64,000 nucleotides of DNA, from positions 138,206 through 202,205 of the IMG/VR virus record IMGVR_UViG_3300032281_000616; one strand, 5' to 3'. Source of the DNA: a virus (Duplodnaviria > Caudoviricetes). The notes beneath the pieces were generated by a model. It was not told the DNA's origin. It did not search any database and saw nothing but the letters and a program-made list of their open reading frames with translations. The stretch's first letter is position 1, and each line of letters starts with the position of its first letter. A program made the translations under genes and the position numbers. Below, in pieces: positions 1 to 9,465 of the stretch.

Positions 1-90
1 CCAGTGCAAGTTTTCTACCACACTTTGATCAATCTGTCAAATCAACTTTTTTATTAGATTGATTTAATTGTCAGATCAAAGTAATAATAG

Positions 91-318
91 TTATGATTCA
101 AAGGTATCTACGATCATATTGTAGAACTTACAGGCGAATTCCTCATCAGATTTGATACCCGGAAGATTACATATCTTCCATGATTTTTCCTCGATAAGAT
201 TTTCTATAGTAACAGAACTAGTATTACCTACAATCAAACCGAGATACTTCAGTTCATTCTCAGTAAGTTCAAGGGTAAAAATACGCTCAGATGGAGGAGT
301 AATATTAGTAATTTTCAT
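91..318 (-). CDS. hypothetical protein
   Basis: ORF starts 6 nt after motif -10. Confidence 0.7.
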   Translation of the reverse strand: MKITNITPPSERIFTLELTENELKYLGLIVGNTSSVTIENLIEEKSWKICNLPGIKSDEEFACKFYNMIVDTFES

Positions 319-339
319 AGTGTTATTCTAGGTTAGTGT

Positions 340-642
340 TTATTGCTTAGAACCCCATGCCAAGAGTTCCTGATAGGTTTCAAACTCGTAAATCTTAACA
401 TTACCTTCATCATTGAGCATCTTCATACATTCTTGAAGAGTCTCAGTTCCTTCAGAATACCAGTTATTACCCTCAGTCATAGAGAAAAAGAATTTGGGTT
501 TGAATGATAGTTTACCCATATCATCAGATGCAATATATCCCGGATAGTTATCAGATGAAATGAATCCATAATACTTCATGGAATTCACCTCTTTAATATC
601 TACAACGGACTTACTTTGCTCCTCAAAAATTACAGTCTTCAT
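340..642 (-). CDS. hypothetical protein, paralog of 763..1056
   Basis: shared EVNSxKxYGF...LTEGNxW...YxFxTxxELxxW pattern. Confidence 0.75.
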   Translation of the reverse strand: MKTVIFEEQSKSVVDIKEVNSMKYYGFISSDNYPGYIASDDMGKLSFKPKFFFSMTEGNNWYSEGTETLQECMKMLNDEGNVKIYEFETYQELLAWGSKQ

Positions 643-679
643 ATACGTTTATTCTATTCTAGTGTTCTATAAGAAAAAG

Positions 680-741
680 AAACCCTCTCTGAGTCATGAT
701 GAAAAACAAACGGCATTTGTTAATATACTCAGAGAGGGTTT
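680..741 (-). terminator. 15-bp perfect inverted repeat followed by U-rich tract
   Basis: AAACCCTCTCTGAGT..32 nt..ACTCAGAGAGGGTTT, then CTTTTTCTT on the minus strand. Confidence 0.55.
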
Positions 742-762
742 TACACCACCATGATGCAAACT

Positions 763-1056
763 TTATTCAGCCAACCAAGTAAACAATTCTTTAGAAGTAT
801 CGAATTGATATACTGTGAAGTTTTTATTCAAAAGATTTTCGATTGTACCTTGAAGATTACTTCGTGAATGTGAAGGCCATGAATTTCCTTCAGTCAATTC
901 TGTAATGGCTTTCATTTGATAATTTCCACCACCATAACTCACTCTTGAAATAAATCCTTTTGAATTTGTATGATTCTGAACAAACCCATAAAATTTATAC
1001 GAATTCACTTCTGATACATTTACTGTATCCCGACTTGTATTGATCACTTCTTTCAT
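763..1056 (-). CDS. hypothetical protein, paralog of 340..642
   Basis: sequence similarity by eye. Confidence 0.75.
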   Translation of the reverse strand: MKEVINTSRDTVNVSEVNSYKFYGFVQNHTNSKGFISRVSYGGGNYQMKAITELTEGNSWPSHSRSNLQGTIENLLNKNFTVYQFDTSKELFTWLAE

Positions 1057-1095
1057 ATATTCTTGTATTCTTTGAATTTCTTTGTTTCGTTGGAT

Positions 1096-1683
1096 TTAGA
1101 TATTCTCAGCCAACTTAATGAGTTCTTTTACCGTATCCAGAGGAATAGTTTGGCATCCTACCACAACCTTATCCTCATAAACCTTGGCTGTATACTCATC
1201 GGAGATCTTCAGTTCCTTATATTCTCCGAGTGGGGTGACACTCTCGAATGGTACACATACACCACTATCAGTACAAACTACACAGAACTCATGGGTTTTA
1301 AGATAATCATGAACTAAATCAGATTTATTGCTTGTTGATTCCTTGGATACCAAAACAACATTCTTAACCTTTATATGGGCAAATGAACCATTAACATAGG
1401 ATACCTTTTTACCAATAAGTTTGGTGGCTGCTTTGAATTGTTTCATATAGTCTGGTTCAGAACTTACCAGTTCAAACTTATCATCATCCCACCAAGAACG
1501 ATCATTACCCTTAGAATCGACAATATGGATGTCTCTTCCATTACTACCGATTTCATTGATTGTATATGTTTCACTTACATCATAATCGAATGATCCATAA
1601 TGCTTAGGGAGTAGTTTTACTTTGTATCCGATTTTCAAGCCTGCTGGTGTTGTTGTTTTTTCTTTCATTGTGATGATATTCAT
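1096..1683 (-). CDS. hypothetical protein, paralog of 1688..2215
   Basis: shared C-terminus YxAxVxxDxxxVGCQxIP. Confidence 0.75.
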   Translation of the reverse strand: MNIITMKEKTTTPAGLKIGYKVKLLPKHYGSFDYDVSETYTINEIGSNGRDIHIVDSKGNDRSWWDDDKFELVSSEPDYMKQFKAATKLIGKKVSYVNGSFAHIKVKNVVLVSKESTSNKSDLVHDYLKTHEFCVVCTDSGVCVPFESVTPLGEYKELKISDEYTAKVYEDKVVVGCQTIPLDTVKELIKLAENI

Positions 1684-1687
1684 AGTT

Positions 1688-2215
1688 TTATGACAATTTC
1701 TTATGTAATTCTACAATTTCTTCTACCTTGGACCAAGGGATGAATTGGCATCCTACTTTAATGAAATCTTTCTCCACAATAGCTTCATAATCTCCCACAT
1801 CCTTAACAATGTTTGATACAATAGTTAGTTGGTTTACTGGGATGACTAAATCATTGGTCATTCTGAGGGCTACAGAAAAGCCATTCCTTTTAATATCATC
1901 AGTGACTAAAGCGGATGATCTATTAGTAGGTTTGGTAAAGATTTCGATACTTTCTGGAGTGTATGTATCAATAAACATAGTAACAATCTTACCAGATTGA
2001 AGAATGTCATAAGCCTTATTTACTAATTCTTTCATAGTTTCGGGCTTATCAACAACTTCAAATCTAACAGTGAAGAATGATTCATCGGTTCCTTCTACAA
2101 AAAGAAGTTCATCGTCTTCATCATCATAACGATCAAATGTATAAATTTTATCAGCAACCAATGCGAAGTTGGGGTTGATACAACGAATCTTATCACCTTT
2201 CTTTATATTTTTCAT
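1688..2215 (-). CDS. hypothetical protein, paralog of 1096..1683
   Basis: shared C-terminus; SH3-like KKGDKIRC N-terminus. Confidence 0.75.
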   Translation of the reverse strand: MKNIKKGDKIRCINPNFALVADKIYTFDRYDDEDDELLFVEGTDESFFTVRFEVVDKPETMKELVNKAYDILQSGKIVTMFIDTYTPESIEIFTKPTNRSSALVTDDIKRNGFSVALRMTNDLVIPVNQLTIVSNIVKDVGDYEAIVEKDFIKVGCQFIPWSKVEEIVELHKKLS

Positions 2216-2222
2216 ATGTTGA

Positions 2223-2414
2223 TTAGTATGAGAAGTTTTGTGAGAGGGAAGTAGTCACTCCATTAGTCTTAAAGATAGGAGTTGATCTTGAGCTAAGGGA
2301 ACGCTTGATAGAAATGGCACCTTTCTTAGGCTTAGAATATACCATTTGAACCCATGATGTACGAAGCATCTTTTGTGGGGCGCGGAAGTCTGATTTGTTA
2401 TTGTTGCTGGACAT
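2223..2414 (-). CDS. small basic hypothetical protein
   Basis: ATG exactly 6 nt after motif -10 TAGAAT. Confidence 0.55.
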   Translation of the reverse strand: MSSNNNKSDFRAPQKMLRTSWVQMVYSKPKKGAISIKRSLSSRSTPIFKTNGVTTSLSQNFSY

Positions 2415-2442
2415 GCTCTGATTCTAGGTTAGTGTTTGATTA

Positions 2443-2769
2443 TTAAAGATTTGCATCGAATCCATCGCATCCGATAACATTACCCTTATCATCTCTGATA
2501 AGATTACCGGGAGACAATAGATCTTTTCTTGCTGGTGCTGCCATCTTTACCAAGGTTGATACGATATAATAAGTATCATCGACTTGATCCGGTAGATCCA
2601 TGACATCTCCCACTGTATTCTTATAGATAGGAATATTCATGATACTGCAAAGTTCGTGTCTTTGCATATTAACTCTTGGAACCGGATAAGACTTATCAGG
2701 ATCAATCGACATCTTGAAATCTTTTGAGATGATATTGATCGTGTGAGGTGTAAGATTGATGAACTTCAT
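2443..2769 (-). CDS. conserved phage protein with NLTPH motif (start corrected to MKFINLTPH)
   Basis: NLTPH...YIVSxLV...RxDxxGxxIGC pattern; ATG 6 nt after motif. Confidence 0.7.
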   Translation of the reverse strand: MKFINLTPHTINIISKDFKMSIDPDKSYPVPRVNMQRHELCSIMNIPIYKNTVGDVMDLPDQVDDTYYIVSTLVKMAAPARKDLLSPGNLIRDDKGNVIGCDGFDANL

Positions 2770-2794
2770 GTCAGTATTCTGCTTTAGTGTTTCA

Positions 2795-3097
2795 TCAGAG
2801 GATTTTCTTGAGAGCACTGAGGAATCTCTTTCCTGAATTACCAGATTTATTCATAATAAATAAACCAGAATTTAGGGCTGCGATTGCACCAATTCCGCCA
2901 CAATCAGTTCCCCAGATACTTCCACCCTTCAAAGGAACCATTGAAAGCAAGTGATAGTATTCCCCATCACACTCCACTAACTTATCCATATCGTTTGGAG
3001 TAAATGACTTATGAATAGATATCACCCTATCATTCTTGATATTGATATTCCATCCATACTTTTCACATTCTGATTTGAAGTCTTGTGGGGTGATCAT
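2795..3097 (-). CDS. hypothetical protein
   Basis: ORF plus motif. Confidence 0.7.
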   Translation of the reverse strand: MITPQDFKSECEKYGWNINIKNDRVISIHKSFTPNDMDKLVECDGEYYHLLSMVPLKGGSIWGTDCGGIGAIAALNSGLFIMNKSGNSGKRFLSALKKIL

Positions 3098-3145
3098 GTT
3101 TATATCTTAGGCTAGTGTTTCATGAATACTTAACTCTATTTTTCA

Positions 3146-3304
3146 TTATTCTTGAGAGAATTTATCAATCATCCTACGATACTTTTTCTTTTCCCTACGC
3201 ATCGTGCGCTTTTTGGTAGCATTACTACCAACATCGAAACAATCATCGTAATCTTTTTTCCCAGAGTGAATATGAGAACGACTATAATAATTTCGAACTT
3301 GCAT
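3146..3304 (-). CDS. 52-aa basic protein (not in ORF track)
   Basis: MQVRNYYSRSH... translated manually; ATG 6 nt after motif. Confidence 0.6.
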   Translation of the reverse strand: MQVRNYYSRSHIHSGKKDYDDCFDVGSNATKKRTMRREKKKYRRMIDKFSQE

Positions 3305-3380
3305 GTCAGTATTCTACTTTAGTGTTTCATCTATCCCAACTCAGGGTAGTTTAATGAGATACCCTAGCTCATTGTTTTGA

Positions 3381-4910
3381 TTATTCTTCCCGATTGCGGC
3401 GTGATGGAGCATCTGTAAGATGAATAAGACTTTCCATCGCACGAGTCGCTGCAACATAACGAAGATGTTTTTCTTGCTGTTGCATCCATGGAAGAACTGC
3501 GTATTTGGATGGAGAAAATTGCGCATCACCCAACCAGTAAACAGTTTTCCATTCAAGACCCTTAGCCTTATGAATAGAACTGAAGGTCACGATATTCGGA
3601 AGATTCCCATCCTTAGAATCAGTGAACATATCAGCGATAAGTTTCTCCAGAGAATAAAGATCATCCTTTCCGAGAGATTGGACACGTTCAATCAGAATGA
3701 TCATGGTATCCAACTTATCTTCCAATTGTTGCATCTTAGCATAAGAAGCTTTCTCGAACTCCTTATTGAAGAATTCATTAAGTTTGATGATGAAGTCGGA
3801 GAGAGTCTTAACCTTTTTCCACTTATTCACCAGTTTGATAAGATCCTTACCAATATCTTTTCCTTCGATACGGCAACCGATACCTTGACGAATAAGAGCG
3901 AAAGCAAGGGCAACATTAGGAGCATTGTTTCGGCAAAGAATCCCAACATTACGATCAAGCTTGATATTCATAGCTTGATCGACAAACTCTTGATACTTCA
4001 TAGAAGTGACAGAACCCTCACAGTTTCCTTCATAGGCCATGATATCAGGAAAGAACTCTTGAGCAGTCTTAATGATATTCTTTCCACAGCGGTAGCAGAT
4101 GGAAAGTGGAAGCTCTTCACATTCAAAACGCTCACGAATGAGATTCATTGAATCATTCTCAGCACCAGTGAATCCCATAATTGCTTGTCCTTCATCACCA
4201 ATAAAGATACAACGACCATCTGGTTTGACAAGTTTAGCAGCAAGAAGTTTACGACAAACATTTGTATCTTGAGCTTCATCAACGACAACCCAATCATATT
4301 GTTGACCCTTGATATCATAGATCAGGGGAAGATACTGCATATCATCAAAATCAATTGAACGAAAATCAAGATTGGAGTCCCTAAGAACTTGCTTGGCAAT
4401 TTCAATAACTTCACCAAGATCAGCATCAAAGTCTGTATCGATATCATGATGAGTGATGATTTCCATCCATGCTTGAGTATCATCGATAGAAGTTTGACCC
4501 TTAACACCAAACGCATTTTGTTTAGCGAAACCTACAAGTTTAGTAATAAAGTTGCGAGTATATTGAAGATCTTGACGTTGGCAATACTTTTCAGTGATCC
4601 AATAAACTTTACCATTCTTTGGAACATTATGCCAACCTTTAGCTTTATAGAGCATACCCTTACCCGTTGCATGAAATGTTCCAGAAATAGCATTAGGAAC
4701 GCCCATACGAGAAAGTTTCTCTTTAAGTTGCCATGCAGCTTTAGCACCAAAAGCCAACATGATAACATCACCTTTCATGAATTGTGCGCAATGCGTCACA
4801 AGAAAAGTTTTACCGGAACCAGCACGGGCTGGAATGATAAGGTTTCTCTTATTAGGGTTAGGATTACGAACCCAAGATTCGACATCAAGTTGTTGTTGAG
4901 ATAGTTGCAT
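3381..4910 (-). CDS. UvrD/Rep-like superfamily 1 DNA helicase
   Basis: ARAGSGKT Walker A, VVDEAQD, IGDEGQAIMGF, SIHKAKGLEW, YVAATRA. Confidence 0.9.
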   Translation of the reverse strand: MQLSQQQLDVESWVRNPNPNKRNLIIPARAGSGKTFLVTHCAQFMKGDVIMLAFGAKAAWQLKEKLSRMGVPNAISGTFHATGKGMLYKAKGWHNVPKNGKVYWITEKYCQRQDLQYTRNFITKLVGFAKQNAFGVKGQTSIDDTQAWMEIITHHDIDTDFDADLGEVIEIAKQVLRDSNLDFRSIDFDDMQYLPLIYDIKGQQYDWVVVDEAQDTNVCRKLLAAKLVKPDGRCIFIGDEGQAIMGFTGAENDSMNLIRERFECEELPLSICYRCGKNIIKTAQEFFPDIMAYEGNCEGSVTSMKYQEFVDQAMNIKLDRNVGILCRNNAPNVALAFALIRQGIGCRIEGKDIGKDLIKLVNKWKKVKTLSDFIIKLNEFFNKEFEKASYAKMQQLEDKLDTMIILIERVQSLGKDDLYSLEKLIADMFTDSKDGNLPNIVTFSSIHKAKGLEWKTVYWLGDAQFSPSKYAVLPWMQQQEKHLRYVAATRAMESLIHLTDAPSRRNREE

Positions 4911-4959
4911 AAGTGGTGGTTTCTCGTTACGTCCCTATTCTAGGCTAGTGTTTCATCAA

Positions 4960-5160
4960 TTAACCTTCAGTGTCAAACATCTGAACAGTGAAACCTTCCC
5001 CTTCAAAAATTCTATTCTCATAATGAAGATCAAGAGGAATGATTCCATATTCTTCCAACACTTCACCAAATTTATCCTCTTGATCCGAAATAGAATCAAG
5101 ATAATGTAGTTCAGATACCTTATTATTTTCAGTGATAATTACTAGATAGTGTGTAAACAT
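4960..5160 (-). CDS. hypothetical protein
   Basis: ORF plus motif. Confidence 0.65.
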   Translation of the reverse strand: MFTHYLVIITENNKVSELHYLDSISDQEDKFGEVLEEYGIIPLDLHYENRIFEGEGFTVQMFDTEG

Positions 5161-5185
5161 GTTAGTATTCTAGGCTAGTGTTTCA

Positions 5186-5461
5186 TCAGTCAACTACGGA
5201 CCAAATTACATCAGTGACAATTTTTCTCTTCTTCATCGGTAGATTCTTCACATTTTCAATGATTTTTTCACAATCATCGTAAGGAATACCGCGCAAAGCT
5301 AGATTGTTTGCTGTGATGGTTCTATTAAAAGTCTTAATCCATTGAGTTTTTTCATTATTCTTAGCAATTAGATAGAATCGTTTATCGTTAGATCTTTCTT
5401 CAGTGTCGGTGTAATAATCCCAAACCAATTCAACATGATAAGTATCTGGTGAGTTGTGCAT
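5186..5461 (-). CDS. hypothetical protein
   Basis: ORF plus motif. Confidence 0.65.
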   Translation of the reverse strand: MHNSPDTYHVELVWDYYTDTEERSNDKRFYLIAKNNEKTQWIKTFNRTITANNLALRGIPYDDCEKIIENVKNLPMKKRKIVTDVIWSVVD

Positions 5462-5483
5462 GACCTAATCTTAATCTAGTGTT

Positions 5484-5666
5484 TCATACTGTAATATCCA
5501 ACTTAGACTTCTTACGATTCATGATGACTTGAAACCATTCATCCAGTTGATCTTTACCAGATTTTCCACCATAACCCTGAAGTTGATTTTGTCGAATACT
5601 CATCCCCATATTGAGAGCTTTATCAACTAGAAATTTTACTTCTTGTTCTGTGTATGTATTTTCCAT
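5484..5666 (-). CDS. hypothetical protein
   Basis: ORF; stop overlaps motif. Confidence 0.6.
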   Translation of the reverse strand: MENTYTEQEVKFLVDKALNMGMSIRQNQLQGYGGKSGKDQLDEWFQVIMNRKKSKLDITV

Positions 5667-5689
5667 TGTGGTGATTTATTATTTTGAAA

Positions 5690-5801
5690 TCAAGTGATAG
5701 GACTCGAACCTATAATAATGCCGGTTGTGACGATGCGCTCGGGACAGTGCTATTTTACGCTTATCCTATTACTCACTTACCAGTGTGTCTGCCACACTTA
5801 A
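5690..5801 (-). ncRNA. 112-nt tRNA-like RNA (acceptor stem and T-arm, non-canonical middle)
   Basis: TTAAGTG/CACTTGA closing stem; ATAGG-TTCGAGT-CCTAT T-arm. Confidence 0.55.
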
Positions 5802-5875
5802 AATTATCAGAAAATTTGATAGTAACGCTACACCATCATATTCGGGGGTGGATACAGCCAGATTCTTAGACTTAT

Positions 5876-6145
5876 TCACTTCATAGGGACAAGAAGAGTA
5901 ATCATTTGCTCATCCCCATCTTCATCCTTAACATAGAGATTGGTTCCATCGAATGCGATATCTCCACAATCCTTCATAAAGACCAGACTGAATGAATTAT
6001 TATCGTCTTCCCAATCAAATTCCAACCACCAATCTTCATCATTAGAATCTTCCCATGATGGATAAACCAGAACATTATCATCGATAACGCAGGCAGAACA
6101 ATCTTGAATAAGTTTAAGTGCTTCGGCTTGTGTGATGTTTATCAT
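5876..6145 (-). CDS. acidic hypothetical protein
   Basis: ORF plus motif. Confidence 0.7.
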   Translation of the reverse strand: MINITQAEALKLIQDCSACVIDDNVLVYPSWEDSNDEDWWLEFDWEDDNNSFSLVFMKDCGDIAFDGTNLYVKDEDGDEQMITLLVPMK

Positions 6146-6170
6146 AACGTCCTCAGTTTAGGATAGTGTT

Positions 6171-6359
6171 TCAACGATACAAGTAGCGATCAGTATCATC
6201 AGGAAAATCCGAAATGACACAATTATAAAGTTGTTCATCTAAGAAAACATCCATAATAAGTTCGATCTTATTATTAGACAAATGAGGTTCTTCCAACTTT
6301 GTCTTGATATATTCAAGAGCATTTTCTCTTGTAAATCTTAGTGTTGAGTGTGCGCCCAT
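6171..6359 (-). CDS. hypothetical protein (start MGAHSTL)
   Basis: ATG directly after upstream stop; own stop overlaps motif. Confidence 0.6.
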   Translation of the reverse strand: MGAHSTLRFTRENALEYIKTKLEEPHLSNNKIELIMDVFLDEQLYNCVISDFPDDTDRYLYR

Positions 6360-6360
6360 A

Positions 6361-6609
6361 TTATTGTGTTCTTGTTTTACCTTTGGTAATCTTCGGACCA
6401 CCTTCATTGTATCCGGTCCAAGCATTCTGAGATTTATGAACCTTTAGTTCTTCATCGGGTAATGCTTCCCTGATTTCAAACCATTTATATTGTTTAAGAT
6501 TAGATTTTTTCAAAGCATTCATATAGTTTTCACACTTATGCTTTGCATTCGTTTCCAACCTGACCATCTTTTTCTTGGATTTACCAGCAAGTAATGTATA
6601 AAGTTTCAT
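6361..6609 (-). CDS. hypothetical protein
   Basis: ORF. Confidence 0.65.
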   Translation of the reverse strand: MKLYTLLAGKSKKKMVRLETNAKHKCENYMNALKKSNLKQYKWFEIREALPDEELKVHKSQNAWTGYNEGGPKITKGKTRTQ

Positions 6610-6809
6610 CTTTCGTATTGAGGAAATTGTTCTTTGAATGCTTTATAATGTGTCCAATAACCTGATCCTTTTGATGGTGGAAGTTCTTTTCCAATATCAA
6701 AAGTTATTGCATAGAAGGTTTCATCTTTGAATAAATCAGATGGACAAGTCCAAACTTGGCGCATGATTCCATTCACTTCCATATTACAATCAAATTCCCA
6801 ATGTTTCAT
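6606..6809 (-). CDS. hypothetical protein (start MKHWEFD)
   Basis: ATG 1 nt after upstream stop. Confidence 0.6.
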   Translation of the reverse strand: MKHWEFDCNMEVNGIMRQVWTCPSDLFKDETFYAITFDIGKELPPSKGSGYWTHYKAFKEQFPQYER

Positions 6810-6810
6810 A

Positions 6811-7023
6811 TTAGTCTTGTTTGTAATATCTCCTAGCATTAACTTTCTTATTAAATCCTCTCCATCCTCCACCAACTCTTACAAAGTATTTGTAATCAGG
6901 ATAATCTTTAGGATGATCAAGAGACATAATACCATTCTCGGTGGAATGATCGAAATCACGAAGTTTCCAATCTTCTACAAAGAAACCAGAATCATTAGGA
7001 TCAATTTGATAGTCTCGAAGCAT
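6811..7023 (-). CDS. hypothetical protein
   Basis: ORF plus motif. Confidence 0.65.
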   Translation of the reverse strand: MLRDYQIDPNDSGFFVEDWKLRDFDHSTENGIMSLDHPKDYPDYKYFVRVGGGWRGFNKKVNARRYYKQD

Positions 7024-7044
7024 GAGAGTATTATGGTTTAGTGT

Positions 7045-7335
7045 TCAATAACACCGATCAGGATGCCATCCGCGAGGATAACGCTCGATGAGTTTAATTT
7101 CATCAATCAAATAACCGTCTTCTTCTGTATATCTAAACTTAACAACCCCATCAACTTCAACCCTAGCTTCGACAGGAAAATCCTTTCGATCACATCCAAA
7201 ACCTTCATGGATTAAACTTTGATAGACACATTTAGCCGCATACTCAGAATGGTGAGTATCTTCTGATTTATTTTCAGATGATTCACTCCAACCTAATCGA
7301 ATTTCTCTTGGCCATACTAGAATGCTTTTGATCAT
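7045..7335 (-). CDS. hypothetical protein
   Basis: ORF plus motif. Confidence 0.65.
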   Translation of the reverse strand: MIKSILVWPREIRLGWSESSENKSEDTHHSEYAAKCVYQSLIHEGFGCDRKDFPVEARVEVDGVVKFRYTEEDGYLIDEIKLIERYPRGWHPDRCY

Positions 7336-7356
7336 GTTACTATTGTGGTTTAGTGT

Positions 7357-7533
7357 TTAATACTTTCCAACTTGCCACATAAGAACATCAAATCCTGCTA
7401 ATTGATATTTCAAACGCTTCTTATTAGCTTTATCAATATCCTTAATAAAATGTTTCTTATGAAGCACGGGTTCACCAGTTTTCCAAGACCAAACCATAAT
7501 CTGATACTTACCAATATGTTTGTCTTTATTCAT
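7357..7533 (-). CDS. hypothetical protein
   Basis: ORF; stop overlaps motif. Confidence 0.55.
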   Translation of the reverse strand: MNKDKHIGKYQIMVWSWKTGEPVLHKKHFIKDIDKANKKRLKYQLAGFDVLMWQVGKY

Positions 7534-7538
7534 AAGAT

Positions 7539-7754
7539 TCAATTCCTTTCACATGAGATAATTAATTCAGCTTTATGTCCTCTATATGGATCAGATGAAA
7601 GGTAATCATGAAGTTCGGAAGAATATCCATCCCACATAATACCTATACTTTGTCGATCAATTCTATTCAAGATTTTATCTATAGCTTCTTCCACCACACT
7701 TTCAGAAACATCTCCACAATACATAGATACTTCGATAGTTATTTTCTTACGCAT
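7539..7754 (-). CDS. hypothetical protein
   Basis: ORF. Confidence 0.6.
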   Translation of the reverse strand: MRKKITIEVSMYCGDVSESVVEEAIDKILNRIDRQSIGIMWDGYSSELHDYLSSDPYRGHKAELIISCERN

Positions 7755-7765
7755 ATTGATTTATT

Positions 7766-7984
7766 TCATTGTTCAACTTTCACAAATGCAGATTCCCAAT
7801 GACCAAATGCACCGAAAGAAGTATCCATAGGAGCCATCCAAGGTTGATTATGTTCAGAGATAAGAACCCAAAGAGGAAAATCTGGTAATTTTTGAAGGGT
7901 GTAAAGACAGCATACGGGTGTATCTTTTTTATAAAGGAATTGATCACCGGACTTCATCGGAGTGTATTGATTGACCGTTTGCAT
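7766..7984 (-). CDS. hypothetical protein
   Basis: ORF plus motif. Confidence 0.65.
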   Translation of the reverse strand: MQTVNQYTPMKSGDQFLYKKDTPVCCLYTLQKLPDFPLWVLISEHNQPWMAPMDTSFGAFGHWESAFVKVEQ

Positions 7985-8006
7985 GTCCTAATACTATCGT
8001 AGTGTT

Positions 8007-8207
8007 TCATTCATCAAGATCGCAAGCAACTTCAGCAGTTAAAGCCACCAAAAATCTCTCATCAGAATTTAATACTTTCCAATTCTTTTGAATCTCTTGA
8101 GGAACATAATTTCTCCAATCTGATCTCGAATATTGAAAGGTATCATCTGATAGATCGAAATCTTGATAAGATCTACTGAAGTTGTTTTGTAGTGTTGCTC
8201 CAAACAT
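8007..8207 (-). CDS. hypothetical protein (start uncertain)
   Basis: ORF; stop overlaps motif. Confidence 0.5.
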   Translation of the reverse strand: MFGATLQNNFSRSYQDFDLSDDTFQYSRSDWRNYVPQEIQKNWKVLNSDERFLVALTAEVACDLDE

Positions 8208-8397
8208 AATCGATATTACTCATTGCTGTCTCAATACCATCCATGGAATAACAATAGTCGATCATCATTTGATCATACTTATCGAGTTCATTGAACTTAT
8301 TCCAATACTCTTCTGTTTTAAGTTCAGCAAGTTCAAAGGATTCGTGGATGTTAATCATACGAACCTTGATCGCATTAAAGAGTGCTAAATTTCTCAT
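8173..8397 (-). CDS. hypothetical protein
   Basis: ORF. Confidence 0.6.
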   Translation of the reverse strand: MRNLALFNAIKVRMINIHESFELAELKTEEYWNKFNELDKYDQMMIDYCYSMDGIETAMSNIDYVWSNTTKQLQ

Positions 8398-8402
8398 ATA
8401 AC

Positions 8403-8720
8403 TTATTTTTTAGGAACATCACGACCTTCCCAGATCTTAGTAAAGTCTCCAAAAGCTTCATCAATAAGAGGATCTACTGTATAATCACAGATAGTTTCTT
8501 CTGGTTGATTTCCGAGAACAATATGGACCCAGAGTGTTTTACCATCAGGATTCTTAACATAAAGATGAGATTCATCAGTAGCTTCGATTTCACCCACAGC
8601 TTCTTCAGTATTATCCACAAATACTCCACCATCGCCATTATCTACAGAATGTAGAGTCAATCCTTTATTAAGTAGGCACTTAATGATATCTTCAATAACA
8701 GGAGTCCAGTTGTTTTTCAT
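8403..8720 (-). CDS. hypothetical protein
   Basis: ORF plus motif. Confidence 0.7.
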   Translation of the reverse strand: MKNNWTPVIEDIIKCLLNKGLTLHSVDNGDGGVFVDNTEEAVGEIEATDESHLYVKNPDGKTLWVHIVLGNQPEETICDYTVDPLIDEAFGDFTKIWEGRDVPKK

Positions 8721-8742
8721 GTCCTTAGTTTACTCTAGTGTT

Positions 8743-9012
8743 TCAACGATTGAATAGGTCTTCAACTTCAGGAGAACAATCGATTAGAAGAACTTTATTT
8801 TTCTCTTCATATAATTCAAATGCCCTTTTTATTACGAATTCGTCTGTTTCATAAAAAGAATCAGTATATTCAAAATATATGATTCTTTTATATTTGTTAA
8901 AGAAAGACCAGAAACCCACTCTTTCTTTATAGATGTGAAGGCTACTCTCCCAGCTAACCATTTTAGTTATCTCGTAAAAGTAAACATCATCCTTATAGAT
9001 AACCTTTTTCAT
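8743..9012 (-). CDS. hypothetical protein
   Basis: ORF; stop overlaps motif. Confidence 0.6.
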   Translation of the reverse strand: MKKVIYKDDVYFYEITKMVSWESSLHIYKERVGFWSFFNKYKRIIYFEYTDSFYETDEFVIKRAFELYEEKNKVLLIDCSPEVEDLFNR

Positions 9013-9155
9013 GGAAATTTATACGTGTGATTAACCAAAAACCACAAGATTATGGTTATAACAGAGAAAATTTTATCTATTGTGTAAGAGGAGTCATCAA
9101 ATAATACACCTACACAGGTCCATCCGATAAAGAATGCAGTAATTATAAGTAGCAT
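9009..9155 (-). CDS. 48-aa membrane protein (not in ORF track)
   Basis: MLLIITAFFIGWTCVGVLF..., two hydrophobic stretches, ATGA overlap with next gene. Confidence 0.55.
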   Translation of the reverse strand: MLLIITAFFIGWTCVGVLFDDSSYTIDKIFSVITIILWFLVNHTYKFP

Positions 9156-9157
9156 AG

Positions 9158-9451
9158 TTAAATTGTGTAAAATTTGTTATTATCAATAGGATTACCATTA
9201 AGATAAGCCTGACCCTTACTTGTAGAAATACTTACACCGGGAATTCCATTAAGTCTTTCACGGGTGACTCTAGTATTCCAGCCAGATAGAGATACCTCGA
9301 TGACTAAAGTTTTATGATTCTTTATAGCAATCAGATTACCATGAAGAAACATTTCCATTTGATCTGGACCAAATTCCACTGAAGTATTGGACCTATCAAA
9401 TGAATGGTTGAACATAAATGCATTAACAGCATCTTCAGTAATCTTTCTCAT
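9158..9451 (-). CDS. hypothetical protein
   Basis: ORF plus motif. Confidence 0.7.
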   Translation of the reverse strand: MRKITEDAVNAFMFNHSFDRSNTSVEFGPDQMEMFLHGNLIAIKNHKTLVIEVSLSGWNTRVTRERLNGIPGVSISTSKGQAYLNGNPIDNNKFYTI

Positions 9452-9465
9452 ACCCTTAGTTTATT

